A stretch of DNA of 41,200 nucleotides from a virus (taxonomy: Duplodnaviria > Caudoviricetes), in the IMG/VR virus record IMGVR_UViG_3300031949_000085, positions 1 through 41,200 of that record, one strand, 5' to 3'. The notes beneath the pieces were generated by a model that searched no databases, was not told the origin of the DNA, and saw only the letters and a program-made list of their open reading frames with translations. Positions within the stretch are counted from its first letter, which is position 1. Every line of letters starts with the position of its first letter. Shown piece after piece: positions 1-7,378 of the stretch. A program made the translations under genes and the position numbers.

Positions 1-397
1 CGCCGTCGGTACCCACGTCTGACTGCGTGGAAGGACCCGAAACCGTGTGCTCATCGTCAGGCCAGGGGTCGGGCGCACCCCTGAGCGCTGCGAGGCGTCG
101 CGCCTGGGCCCGCCTGGTCTCGAGACCGGCGGCGTCCAGCGGGGGTCGGCCCTCGTCCTTCTCCTCGGCTTTGCGCTGCTCGAGCATCTCGACCTCGACC
201 GCTGACAACCTGCGCACGCTGCGCCAAGTGCCGAAGCCCAGCGCCCGCACTGCGATGGGCACCTCGAGGGCTTCGCCCTCTTCTTCGACCGCCTCGGTGC
301 CGGAGTAGAACACCAGCGCCCCACCCTCGATCGACATGTCGTCTGCCACCTCGATGCTGTGTATCCCCTGCTCGTGCTCCACGTCCCACGCCTTCAC
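1..397 (-). CDS. Hypothetical phage protein, runs off left edge (VKAWDVEHEQGIHSIEVADDMSIEGGALVFYSG...)
   Basis: Manually read open frame from GTG at 397 overlapping the upstream TGA; GGAGG upstream; not in ORF track. Confidence 0.6.
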   Translation of the reverse strand, partial: MKAWDVEHEQGIHSIEVADDMSIEGGALVFYSGTEAVEEEGEALEVPIAVRALGFGTWRSVRRLSAVEVEMLEQRKAEEKDEGRPPLDAAGLETRRAQARRLAALRGAPDPWPDDEHTVSGPSTQSDVGTDG

Positions 398-591
398 GCT
401 GCGCCTCCTCCCGGCTTGCTCGCCATGCGCTCCAGGTACTCGACTAGGTTGCGTCGTCGTCGTGCTGCTGCTACCTCGTCCTGCATCATCGTCGCGATCC
501 GTGGGGGCGTATGCCGCCATGCGTTCCACCACCGGCGCGCGTGGCACGGCAGCAGCCGACCACACCAGCAGACCAGGATCGCGCCGCTCAC
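394..591 (-). CDS. Small hypothetical protein
   Basis: GTGA overlaps at both ends; 65 aa. Confidence 0.5.
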   Translation of the reverse strand: MSGAILVCWCGRLLPCHARRWWNAWRHTPPRIATMMQDEVAAARRRRNLVEYLERMASKPGGGAA

Positions 592-1304
592 GCCGCGCGC
601 CCCCGCCCGTGGAACTCGAGCGACTTGCGCACCTCCTCGCGCAGGTTGTCGCCGAAGACGCGGACCGCGACGGCGTGCACTGTCTCGACGAACTTCAGCC
701 GCGGCCGGAGCTGGAATGGCCGCGCGAAGACGTACAGCACTCGGCTGACACCGGCCGCGATGCGCTGGAAGATCCCCGCCTTCGGGACCAGGTAGGTGCC
801 CAGCCTGCCCTCCCAGACTCGCGCCAACCGCCCCTGACGCCTCGATCGCCTGGTCTCGACCGTCAGCGCCTTGGGGCGCTTGAGCGCGAGCCGCTGCACG
901 TACAGCTCCGGCGACACCGAGGCCTCAGGGGTGGCCCGGGCCTCAACCGGGACGGCCACCGAGCCCTTACCCTTGAACGGCTCGCGCAGGCCGCCGCTCT
1001 CGAACTGCGGCAGGAGGAGCCGGCGAAAACGGCCGACCGCGATCTCGGCGAACGCCGCGCCCTTGCGGACACTCGCGAACTCGATTCGCGCCGCCGCCCC
1101 ACCGCGGCCGCCGCCGGCGGCGCCGCCGAAGAAGAACGTCGGCTTGCGGATCGTGAACTCGTCCTGTACGTGGAGCTGCACCGCGCGCTGCGCGGTCTTC
1201 GCCGTGGTGTTGATCGCGTTCACGACCGCGAACGCGATCCGCTTCTCGGGGTTGCGCAGCCGCTCGAGCAGCCGCACGTCGTCGATCTTGACGGCGATGT
1301 TCAC
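588..1304 (-). CDS. Lambda gpZ-like tail completion / neck protein
   Basis: IAFAVVNAINTTAKTAQ...EFTIRKP pattern typical of gpZ-like proteins; AAAGGA RBS before GTG at 1304. Confidence 0.6.
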   Translation of the reverse strand: MNIAVKIDDVRLLERLRNPEKRIAFAVVNAINTTAKTAQRAVQLHVQDEFTIRKPTFFFGGAAGGGRGGAAARIEFASVRKGAAFAEIAVGRFRRLLLPQFESGGLREPFKGKGSVAVPVEARATPEASVSPELYVQRLALKRPKALTVETRRSRRQGRLARVWEGRLGTYLVPKAGIFQRIAAGVSRVLYVFARPFQLRPRLKFVETVHAVAVRVFGDNLREEVRKSLEFHGRGRAA

Positions 1305-1546
1305 ACGCCTAGTCCTTTCCGCACCCGCGACAGCAGGCCCGCTACCCAGCCACCGAAGCCGCGGCGCGCGCCCTGGGGGTGTTTCCTGAGCCCCGCGGGC
1401 CGCGCCACCATCGTCACCGGCGACAGCCTGGGCTCGGCGCGGCGGCTGCGCGCTCTCAACCTTGCCAGACGCCGCCTCCACCCGGGCATCGGCAAACCGC
1501 GATCGCGCGACCACCGCCGCTGGAACTTCCGCGCCGAGCCGCTCAC
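1301..1546 (-). CDS. Basic hypothetical protein
   Basis: Start and stop overlap neighbouring genes; Arg-rich 81 aa. Confidence 0.4.
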   Translation of the reverse strand: MSGSARKFQRRWSRDRGLPMPGWRRRLARLRARSRRAEPRLSPVTMVARPAGLRKHPQGARRGFGGWVAGLLSRVRKGLGV

Positions 1547-1830
1547 GTTAGCGGCGAATCCACCACAGCAGGTCCAACTGCATGATGATCTCGAACATCG
1601 GTCGCTCCTCCTCCTCGGTTCGGGTCCAACAGCTCGAGCTGCTCAAGCACCGCCGTGCGCTCCAGCGCATGGCGGTATCCCCTGCGCCACCAGGTCGCGA
1701 GCGATGCGACGTACTCCCCGGGCCGCAGCGCTCGGCGCGCGAGCCCGGCGCGGTAGCCCGCGCACCAGGCGTCCGAGACCGCGCCGATCCGCCGGTTTCT
1801 CCGCACGACCTCGGAGAACGTCAGCCTCAT
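1543..1830 (-). CDS. Small protein with Rmf-like motif
   Basis: AWCAGYRAGL...Y...WWRRGYRHA resembles the Rmf core; ATGA overlap. Confidence 0.45.
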   Translation of the reverse strand: MRLTFSEVVRRNRRIGAVSDAWCAGYRAGLARRALRPGEYVASLATWWRRGYRHALERTAVLEQLELLDPNRGGGATDVRDHHAVGPAVVDSPLT

Positions 1831-2300
1831 GACTGCGCCTCGAATAGCTCGCCGACGCCGCGGCGCTCCCGGCGCGTGCGCGCGGCGGTCGCGATCCGGT
1901 GGTCTCGGTCGTAGCGGTTGTGGCAGCGCTGGCACATCGCCCGCAGGTTCGAGGGCTCACGGTTTGCGGGGTCGTGGTCGAGGTGCGCGATCGTGAGGAT
2001 GATCCGGCCGCGCGCCCAGAGGGCTGTCTGCCCGTCCAGCTCGCTGCACCGGCGCGGCTCGACGTGGGAGAACTGGTACGCCAGGCACGGCTCCGCGTGC
2101 GTGCTGAGCAAGCAGCGGCCGCTGTCGTCCTGGTGGTAGCGCTGGGCGTCGCCGCAGCGGCAGATCGACAGCGGTGGGTGCAGCCCGCACTCGCCCTCGC
2201 ACTCGCACCGGCGCCCCGCGCGCTCTAGGATCTGCGGCCGCACCACGGTCGCCCAGTCGCTCGGGTAGAGGCCGCGGTTCTCGGGACGGATGGGGCTCAC
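1827..2300 (-). CDS. HNH-family phage endonuclease
   Basis: PIRPEN..YP..W...R..ILERAG.RCEC and LTIAHLDHDPAN...NLRAMCQRCHNRYD. Confidence 0.85.
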   Translation of the reverse strand: MSPIRPENRGLYPSDWATVVRPQILERAGRRCECEGECGLHPPLSICRCGDAQRYHQDDSGRCLLSTHAEPCLAYQFSHVEPRRCSELDGQTALWARGRIILTIAHLDHDPANREPSNLRAMCQRCHNRYDRDHRIATAARTRRERRGVGELFEAQS

Positions 2301-2794
2301 GGCGCCACCGGGCGCTCTCCGCGCTCGCGGCGCTTCTGCTCGACCAGGTGCTCCTCGAACGTGAAGTCGTCGCGCGTCACAGCCACCTTCGTCGGCGCCT
2401 CGATCGCGATCGACGCTGCGTGCGAGTCGCGCGGTCCGGTGTAGGTCAGCGTGGCCTGGCGACCGATCCTCAGCGGCTGAGCGAGTAGGAGCACGACGGT
2501 GGTCAGGTCCTTCTCGCTCACTGCCGGCCGCGATTCCCGGTCGAGCTGGCGCTCGAGGTGCTCCTCGTGGCTCACCTCCCCGCCGCTCACCACCAGCGAG
2601 ATCGGCGCCTCGACCGCGAGCCGCACGGTGCGCGGCGTGAAATCGAGCACGGTGACGCGCACGTCGCGCCCGATGAACATGCCCTTGCCGCGGGCGCGCC
2701 AGATCTCGAGCACGCCGCGGGGCTTCGAGCCCGGGCCGCCCGTCATCGCCTGCTCGCGCTGGAGCGCCCGGTGCTCTTCAGGGTTTCCGCTCAT
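2297..2794 (-). CDS. Protein with two tandem CsrA/RsmA-like domains
   Basis: Repeat 1 VLEIWRARGKGMFIGRDVRVTVLDFTPRTVRLAVEAP; repeat 2 PLRIGRQATLTYTG...ASIAIEAPTKVAVTRDD; compare CsrA [46 protein letters not shown]. Confidence 0.75.
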   Translation of the reverse strand: MSGNPEEHRALQREQAMTGGPGSKPRGVLEIWRARGKGMFIGRDVRVTVLDFTPRTVRLAVEAPISLVVSGGEVSHEEHLERQLDRESRPAVSEKDLTTVVLLLAQPLRIGRQATLTYTGPRDSHAASIAIEAPTKVAVTRDDFTFEEHLVEQKRRERGERPVAP

Positions 2795-3002
2795 CCTGCC
2801 CTCCCCGACTGTCGCCCGCTGGCAGGGCCATCGGCGCGCCGACGTGCTGGTCGTAGTGGTGCTGGCAGTATAGCCGCCCACCGTACTCTGTCAGCTCCCC
2901 CGCGCTCGAGCCGCACACGGCGCAGCGCCAGACCGTCGACATGTGCGCCCGCCTACTCGCGGCCCACAAGACGAACCGCCGCGCGTAGTCGGCCGCGCTC
3001 AC
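2778..3002 (-). CDS. Small zinc-binding protein
   Basis: CAVC...GRLYCQHHY; GTGA overlap at start. Confidence 0.55.
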   Translation of the reverse strand: MSAADYARRFVLWAASRRAHMSTVWRCAVCGSSAGELTEYGGRLYCQHHYDQHVGAPMALPAGDSRGGQDERKP

Positions 3003-3232
3003 TGGCCACCGCTTTCCGCCTGTGCGTCGGCCTGGGCCTCCGCCTCGGTCGCAAACGGGCCGATCGGGTCTGGGTCCGCCAGGCACCAGTACCAGCCGAC
3101 AAGCATGCGTTCGGCTGCGTCTGGGGCGTGTGGGTTTTCCTTCCGAGTTTCGTCCCGGCTCACATAGAAAACTTCGACCAGGGGGGTCATGAGGCCGACC
3201 CGCTGCTGTAGATACTCTTCCTTGCTACGCAA
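2999..3232 (-). CDS. Small phage hypothetical protein
   Basis: GWYW...PIGPFATEAEAQADA motif; start TTG 3232 or ATG 3190. Confidence 0.6.
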   Translation of the reverse strand: MRSKEEYLQQRVGLMTPLVEVFYVSRDETRKENPHAPDAAERMLVGWYWCLADPDPIGPFATEAEAQADAQAESGGQ

Positions 3233-3240
3233 TTAACCCC

Positions 3241-3443
3241 TAGTAGCCGTAGGGGCTGTGGGGAATGTGGAGAACTCCAGATCACGACCCACCGCTTCCA
3301 GTTGCGGGCTCGGCACGTTGTGGAAAACTCGTGGAGAACCCCGGAGTTATCCACACCAGCCGAGCAGCCAGCACCGCGGCCAGCTCCTCGGACGCCCCCG
3401 AGGGCCACTTATCCCCAGGTTCTCCACACTCGATTGTGGATAA
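3241..3443. promoter_or_regulatory. oriC-like cluster of 8 DnaA boxes with DnaA-trio-like element
   Basis: Boxes at 3257-3265, 3266-3274, 3319-3327, 3330-3338, 3347-3355, 3409-3417, 3420-3428, 3435-3443; three perfect TTWTNCACA; TAG TAG CCG TAG at 3241-3252. Confidence 0.85.
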
Positions 3444-3716
3444 CACGCGGTCGACCTTGGCCGCGTAGGACTTATCGGACCGCACGGCGCGCCGGACCCG
3501 CCCGACCCCGTAGATCACCGACGTGTGGTCGACGGCGAAGATGCGCCCGATCTCGTGCAGCGAGAAGGCCGAGAGCATCCGCAGGACGTACATCGCCAGG
3601 TGGCGCGCCGCGCACAGCGAGCGCGAGCGGTCGCGGCCGAGCAGCGCGACCGGGTGGACCTGGAACTCCCAGGCGCAGATCCCGACGACGTCCGAGACCA
3701 CGACCGGGCTGCTCAC
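3282..3716 (-). CDS. Stand-alone DnaA C-terminal DNA-binding domain (domain IV) protein
   Basis: GRDRSRSLCAARHLAMYVLRMLSAFSLHEIGRIFAVDHTSVIYGVGRV matches the DnaA domain IV signature; GTGA overlap start. Confidence 0.9.
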   Translation of the reverse strand: MSSPVVVSDVVGICAWEFQVHPVALLGRDRSRSLCAARHLAMYVLRMLSAFSLHEIGRIFAVDHTSVIYGVGRVRRAVRSDKSYAAKVDRVLSTIECGEPGDKWPSGASEELAAVLAARLVWITPGFSTSFPQRAEPATGSGGS

Positions 3717-3949
3717 TCGAACCAGGCCCACCGGCGCCGAGCGGACTCGTCCAGCTCGAGCCCCTCGAAGTCGTAGCAAACGAGGTTGCCGACCCGCATC
3801 GCGTATGAGCAGACGCCGCGAGGCGTGACCATCTTGATCTTGTCCGGCCAGGAGTCGTAGCCGCTCGTCGCGAGCACTCGCCCATCGAGCGGTCCGCCCC
3901 CCACCAGCATGAAGTATGGGTGCACGGCGCGGAACTCGGCGAAGGTCAC
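3713..3949 (-). CDS. Hypothetical protein (GGPLDG motif)
   Basis: GGAGGA RBS, GTGA overlaps; GGPxDG motif seen in small phage proteins. Confidence 0.6.
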   Translation of the reverse strand: MTFAEFRAVHPYFMLVGGGPLDGRVLATSGYDSWPDKIKMVTPRGVCSYAMRVGNLVCYDFEGLELDESARRRWAWFE

Positions 3950-4401
3950 GCGCTCCTCCCCTCCAGCGGCTCCCAGGCCGTGACGCGCGGCGTCGGGATC
4001 ACCTCGAACTCGGCGCGCGCGTGACGGACGCAGACGAGCGTCGCGATCGGGTGGCACGCCTGGAACAAGCGCACGCGCAGACGATCGGCCTCGTTCCACT
4101 TCCCCTTCACCTCGACGTAGTAGCCCGCGGGCCGACGCAGGGCGTAGGCCCGCTCGCTCTCCCAGACTGCGAAGTCGGGCCGGTAGTGGCCGACCAGGAG
4201 GCCGTTCACGACGAGCGGGAGCCGCGGGCCGCGCTCCCAGCAGTAGATCTCGCCGAGCCGCCGGCGCAGATCGAGGCGGGCGGCGTAGGAGGCCTCGGCC
4301 TTCGAGGCGTAGACCTCGCCGAGGTAGCTGCGCTCCAGCTTGCTCCCGACGCCGAACTTCCCCGCGCCGCGCCGCGCCCGACTCCTGCGCCACCTGGTCA
4401 A
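3946..4401 (-). CDS. DUF1064-like PD-(D/E)xK endonuclease
   Basis: YASKAEA...YRPDFAV...YVEVKG; GGAGG then TTG at 4401. Confidence 0.8.
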   Translation of the reverse strand: MTRWRRSRARRGAGKFGVGSKLERSYLGEVYASKAEASYAARLDLRRRLGEIYCWERGPRLPLVVNGLLVGHYRPDFAVWESERAYALRRPAGYYVEVKGKWNEADRLRVRLFQACHPIATLVCVRHARAEFEVIPTPRVTAWEPLEGRSA

Positions 4402-4733
4402 TGGACCTCCGGCCTCCCTTCCCCGCCGGCGCGTCGGGTCCGCGCCGGTCTTCGCGCCGCCGACGTCGTGCCACGTCTCCCGCGCGGCCCCGGTGCTTCC
4501 ATGCCGGGCATGGCCTGCTGAGCGTCCGGCCCGTTCGCCAGCCGCCACTGCTCGCCCTCGCGGGCCGTCGCCTTCGAGAACGCCGTCCTGGTCGCCTCCA
4601 CCGCCTTCCACGCCGCGGCCGCGTCCGGCCCCGACGAATGGTACAGCGCGATCGTCGCGTTGAGCGCGCGCGCCGCCAGCCCACACCTCACCACCGACGC
4701 CTGCCAGCTCTCGATCCGCTCGGCGCTCGCCAT
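4398..4733 (-). CDS. Hypothetical protein
   Basis: ATG at 4733, stop overlaps next start; upstream GTG at 4817 also possible. Confidence 0.55.
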   Translation of the reverse strand: MASAERIESWQASVVRCGLAARALNATIALYHSSGPDAAAAWKAVEATRTAFSKATAREGEQWRLANGPDAQQAMPGMEAPGPRGRRGTTSAARRPARTRRAGGEGRPEVH

Positions 4734-4813
4734 GGTCGCGGACCCTCGGGGCGCGGGGACCGGCACGGGAACCCCATGAAACCGCCCGGCCCCCCGCGTT
4801 CCCCCGAAGGCGA

Positions 4814-5020
4814 TCACCCAGCCGCCGCCGTGTCGACCGCTTCGAGCTGCGCCTCGGCGACCCACTCGTGCCGCACGACGCCGCCGGCGCCGGTCACGAT
4901 CTGGTATTGCCGCATGTCGCCCGGGTACTCGCAGCGCCCGGTGACCGTGCCCTCGACGCCCGTGTTCACCTCGCGGACTCGAGCGCGCATCGGGAACTTC
5001 CAGTCCGTCCTGCTTTCCAT
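4814..5020 (-). CDS. Small SH3-like beta-barrel phage protein
   Basis: KFPMRARVREVNTGVEGTVTGRCEY...YQI...EWVAEAQLE; GGAGG RBS before ATG 5020. Confidence 0.65.
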   Translation of the reverse strand: MESRTDWKFPMRARVREVNTGVEGTVTGRCEYPGDMRQYQIVTGAGGVVRHEWVAEAQLEAVDTAAAG

Positions 5021-5117
5021 CGGGACCTCCGTTGGGTCGTAGCCAAATGGGTTCTCGTGCAGCACACCGCGGATTCCCCAGCGCTCGAGCCCGATCCCCA
5101 CCACGAAAAGCGGTGAG

Positions 5118-5405
5118 TTATCGCCGAGCGCGCCGAGCTGGGGGTGGTACTTCGACGAACTGCCCATCGCCTACCTCCTGCCGATGCCTGCACAAGTCGT
5201 CGATCGTGACCGCGCCGCGGCTGATGCGCGTGATCGCCTGCGCTGCGTCGAGTCGCGGCGTCCGGTGGCCCGAGAGCCACGAGTATACCGCCTTGTTGCT
5301 CACTGGGAAGCCGGCCGCCGCCAGGTCGCGCGTCAGCGCGTCGACCGTGTAGCGGGTCACGAAGGAACCGAACCGGGTGCTCCAGCGAACCGGGCGCCGC
5401 TGCAT
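5118..5405 (-). CDS. Cro/XRE-like helix-turn-helix regulator
   Basis: VSNKAVYSWLSGHRTPRLDAAQAITRISRGAVTIDDL. Confidence 0.8.
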   Translation of the reverse strand: MQRRPVRWSTRFGSFVTRYTVDALTRDLAAAGFPVSNKAVYSWLSGHRTPRLDAAQAITRISRGAVTIDDLCRHRQEVGDGQFVEVPPPARRARR

Positions 5406-5469
5406 CCTTGGGTTCCCTCCCCGACGCCTACGCCGTCCACTCCTCCGACCTCCTCCAGCTAAGGCGCCG

Positions 5470-5499
5470 AGGCTACGCCCGCCCAGTCCGGGCAGTCAA
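5470..5499 (-). promoter_or_regulatory. Sigma70-type promoter for early cassette
   Basis: TTGACT-N18-TAGCCT in the intergenic gap upstream of the Cro-like gene. Confidence 0.6.
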
Positions 5500-5546
5500 G
5501 GGCGCGCCTTTGGGTCGCCCAAGCGCGGGCCCCGGCGCCGAGTCGG

Positions 5547-5900
5547 TCAGGCCTCCGGCTTGCGCGCCGGCATCAGCGCCTGGAGCAGGAACAGCAGCGC
5601 CGGCCGCACGGTGTTCTTGAACGTGGAATGGATGCCGGTGACCGCGATGTTCTGCGCCAGCGCCGCCAGGAAGATGCTGGAGCCGCCCATAACGGGCTCG
5701 AGCAGGCCCGCGGCGTTGGCCGCCTTCGGCACCAGCGCGAAGCCCACGAGCCCGACCACGTAGTTCGCGGCGTTCACCCACCCGGTCAGCTTGCCCTGCT
5801 GCTGCGCCTTCTCGAGCATCGGCCTCAGCACCGCGCCCGCGACGAACTGCGCGACCGCGATCACTACCGGCCAGCTCACGTACTCGAGCAGCTTGCCCAT
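5547..5900 (-). CDS. Putative holin
   Basis: 117 aa with about three hydrophobic segments; in lysis region; AGGAGG RBS. Confidence 0.6.
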   Translation of the reverse strand: MGKLLEYVSWPVVIAVAQFVAGAVLRPMLEKAQQQGKLTGWVNAANYVVGLVGFALVPKAANAAGLLEPVMGGSSIFLAALAQNIAVTGIHSTFKNTVRPALLFLLQALMPARKPEA

Positions 5901-6014
5901 CGGTCCCTCCTCCTGGTGTTTCTCCGGTCAGCGCCTCCTGGAACCCGCGCGCGCCGGGGCCGATCGGCAGCCCCGGCGCTTGTCGGACCGCGGGTGGTCC
6001 GGTTGCTGCACCGC

Positions 6015-6548
6015 TTACGGCGTGGGCGGCGGCGGCGCGGCCGGCTCCTCGGCCACGGGCGTTCCGGCGCTCAGGCCGATCTCGCCCGGTCCGCTCACCT
6101 TGACGGTGATGCTCAGCGTCTCGGTGTTGCCGGTCGGCGCGTGCGTCACGGTCACGAGCGCCGCGCCGGGGGTCGGCGTGCGCGCCCACCTGGTGTACGG
6201 GTCTCCGGGCGTGCCGTCCGGGTTCGGCGCCGCGTCCTCGAGGGCCACAGCCGCCGTGTTGCTGGACTCCCACAGGAACTCGTCCGCCGGAACGGTGCGG
6301 GGCGCCCCGCCGAGGTCCTTCGCTGCGACCGAGAGCAGCACCTTCTCGGTATCTACGACGTCGATGCTTCCGCGATCGATGTTCAAGGGTCTCCTCCCAT
6401 GGATTGCGACGACCGTGAGGCCGATCGCGACTTGCGGCTGCTCGTCGCCCAGCAGGGCCGAGGCCAGCCGCGACACCTCGGTCCCCAAGTTCTCGATGGT
6501 GTGCAGCACTTCGCGCTTGAGGTCCACCGCCTGCACCTCCTGATTCAC
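6015..6548 (-). CDS. Ig-like (Big_2-type) domain protein
   Basis: WESSNTAAV...GAALVTVT...LSITV; strong internal RBS GGAGGAG before TTG at 6386. Confidence 0.6.
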   Translation of the reverse strand: MNQEVQAVDLKREVLHTIENLGTEVSRLASALLGDEQPQVAIGLTVVAIHGRRPLNIDRGSIDVVDTEKVLLSVAAKDLGGAPRTVPADEFLWESSNTAAVALEDAAPNPDGTPGDPYTRWARTPTPGAALVTVTHAPTGNTETLSITVKVSGPGEIGLSAGTPVAEEPAAPPPPTP

Positions 6549-6971
6549 CGGAGCGCGACGGTGTCGCGCCCGAAGTACCGCCCGGACGGGAGCGGCGGCC
6601 GCACCCTACGCCCGAGCAGGTCGAATAGTCCAGGGCGCAGTAGCAGCCGGCGCCGCCAGGCCGGCACGCCCGTCGTCTCGGTCGCGGTCGCGAGCACCGT
6701 GGTCGGGCAGCCGGGCCCGGCGGAGTTCCGGCCCCAGACCACGACGGTGTACGTGTCGACCTCGGAGACCGTGAGGTTGAAATCGAACGACTGACCGCGC
6801 CCCGTACAGGATCTGGATCGCGTAGGGCTCGCGAGCTGCAACGGCCGTCCAGTCCTGGCGCTCGTGCGCGAGCGACTCGGCCACGCAGGTCTCGGGGTTC
6901 GCCAGCGAGTCCGGGACGGTGCCCGAGACCGTGATCTGCGCGAGCAGCACGAGGTGGAGGAGGTCGTTCAC
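6545..6971 (-). pseudogene. Frameshifted beta-sandwich protein ending in a FlgD-Ig/T9SS-CTD-like tail
   Basis: Start GTG 6971 and stop TGA 6545 each overlap neighbours but lie in different frames; switch near 6795-6840; C-terminus LFDLLGRRVRPPLPSGRYF. Confidence 0.5.
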
Positions 6972-7378
6972 TTGAGCAGCTCGATCGCTTCCTTGATGCC
7001 GACGCCCAGGAGCTGGGAGAGCGCCACCAGGCCGCCGATGACCCAGATCGTGCGCCGCCACCAGCGCTCGCTCTCGCCCAGCGTCGTCTTCACGTCGGCG
7101 GCAGTGTCCTTGAACGCCGAGGCGACGGCCGCGCTCGTGTGCTCCTTCACCAGCTTGACCGCTTCTTCGCGGGCGTCGTCCATCTTCTCGAGGCGGTCGA
7201 CCAGCTTGCCGAGCACGACCGTCTGCTGCCGCGACTCGTCCTCGATGTGCTCGAGGCGCGTGTTGTTGTCGCGCTGGATCTCGACCAGGGCGCCGGCGCT
7301 GCGCGCCTGGTCCTCGTTCGCCCGCAGCAGGCGCTCGAGCATCCCGTTGCTCGGGACGGCTGGCCCGGTCGCGCTCAC
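6968..7378 (-). CDS. Coiled-coil protein with C-terminal transmembrane helix (lysis accessory / holin-like)
   Basis: Heptad-rich body and TIWVIGGLVALSQLLGVGI; follows endolysin. Confidence 0.6.
   Translation of the reverse strand: MSATGPAVPSNGMLERLLRANEDQARSAGALVEIQRDNNTRLEHIEDESRQQTVVLGKLVDRLEKMDDAREEAVKLVKEHTSAAVASAFKDTAADVKTTLGESERWWRRTIWVIGGLVALSQLLGVGIKEAIELLK

Noticed and set aside
3241-3716. Genuine host chromosomal dnaA-oriC
   Set aside because: No AAA+ domain and no dnaN, rpmH or gyrB; embedded in coupled phage genes
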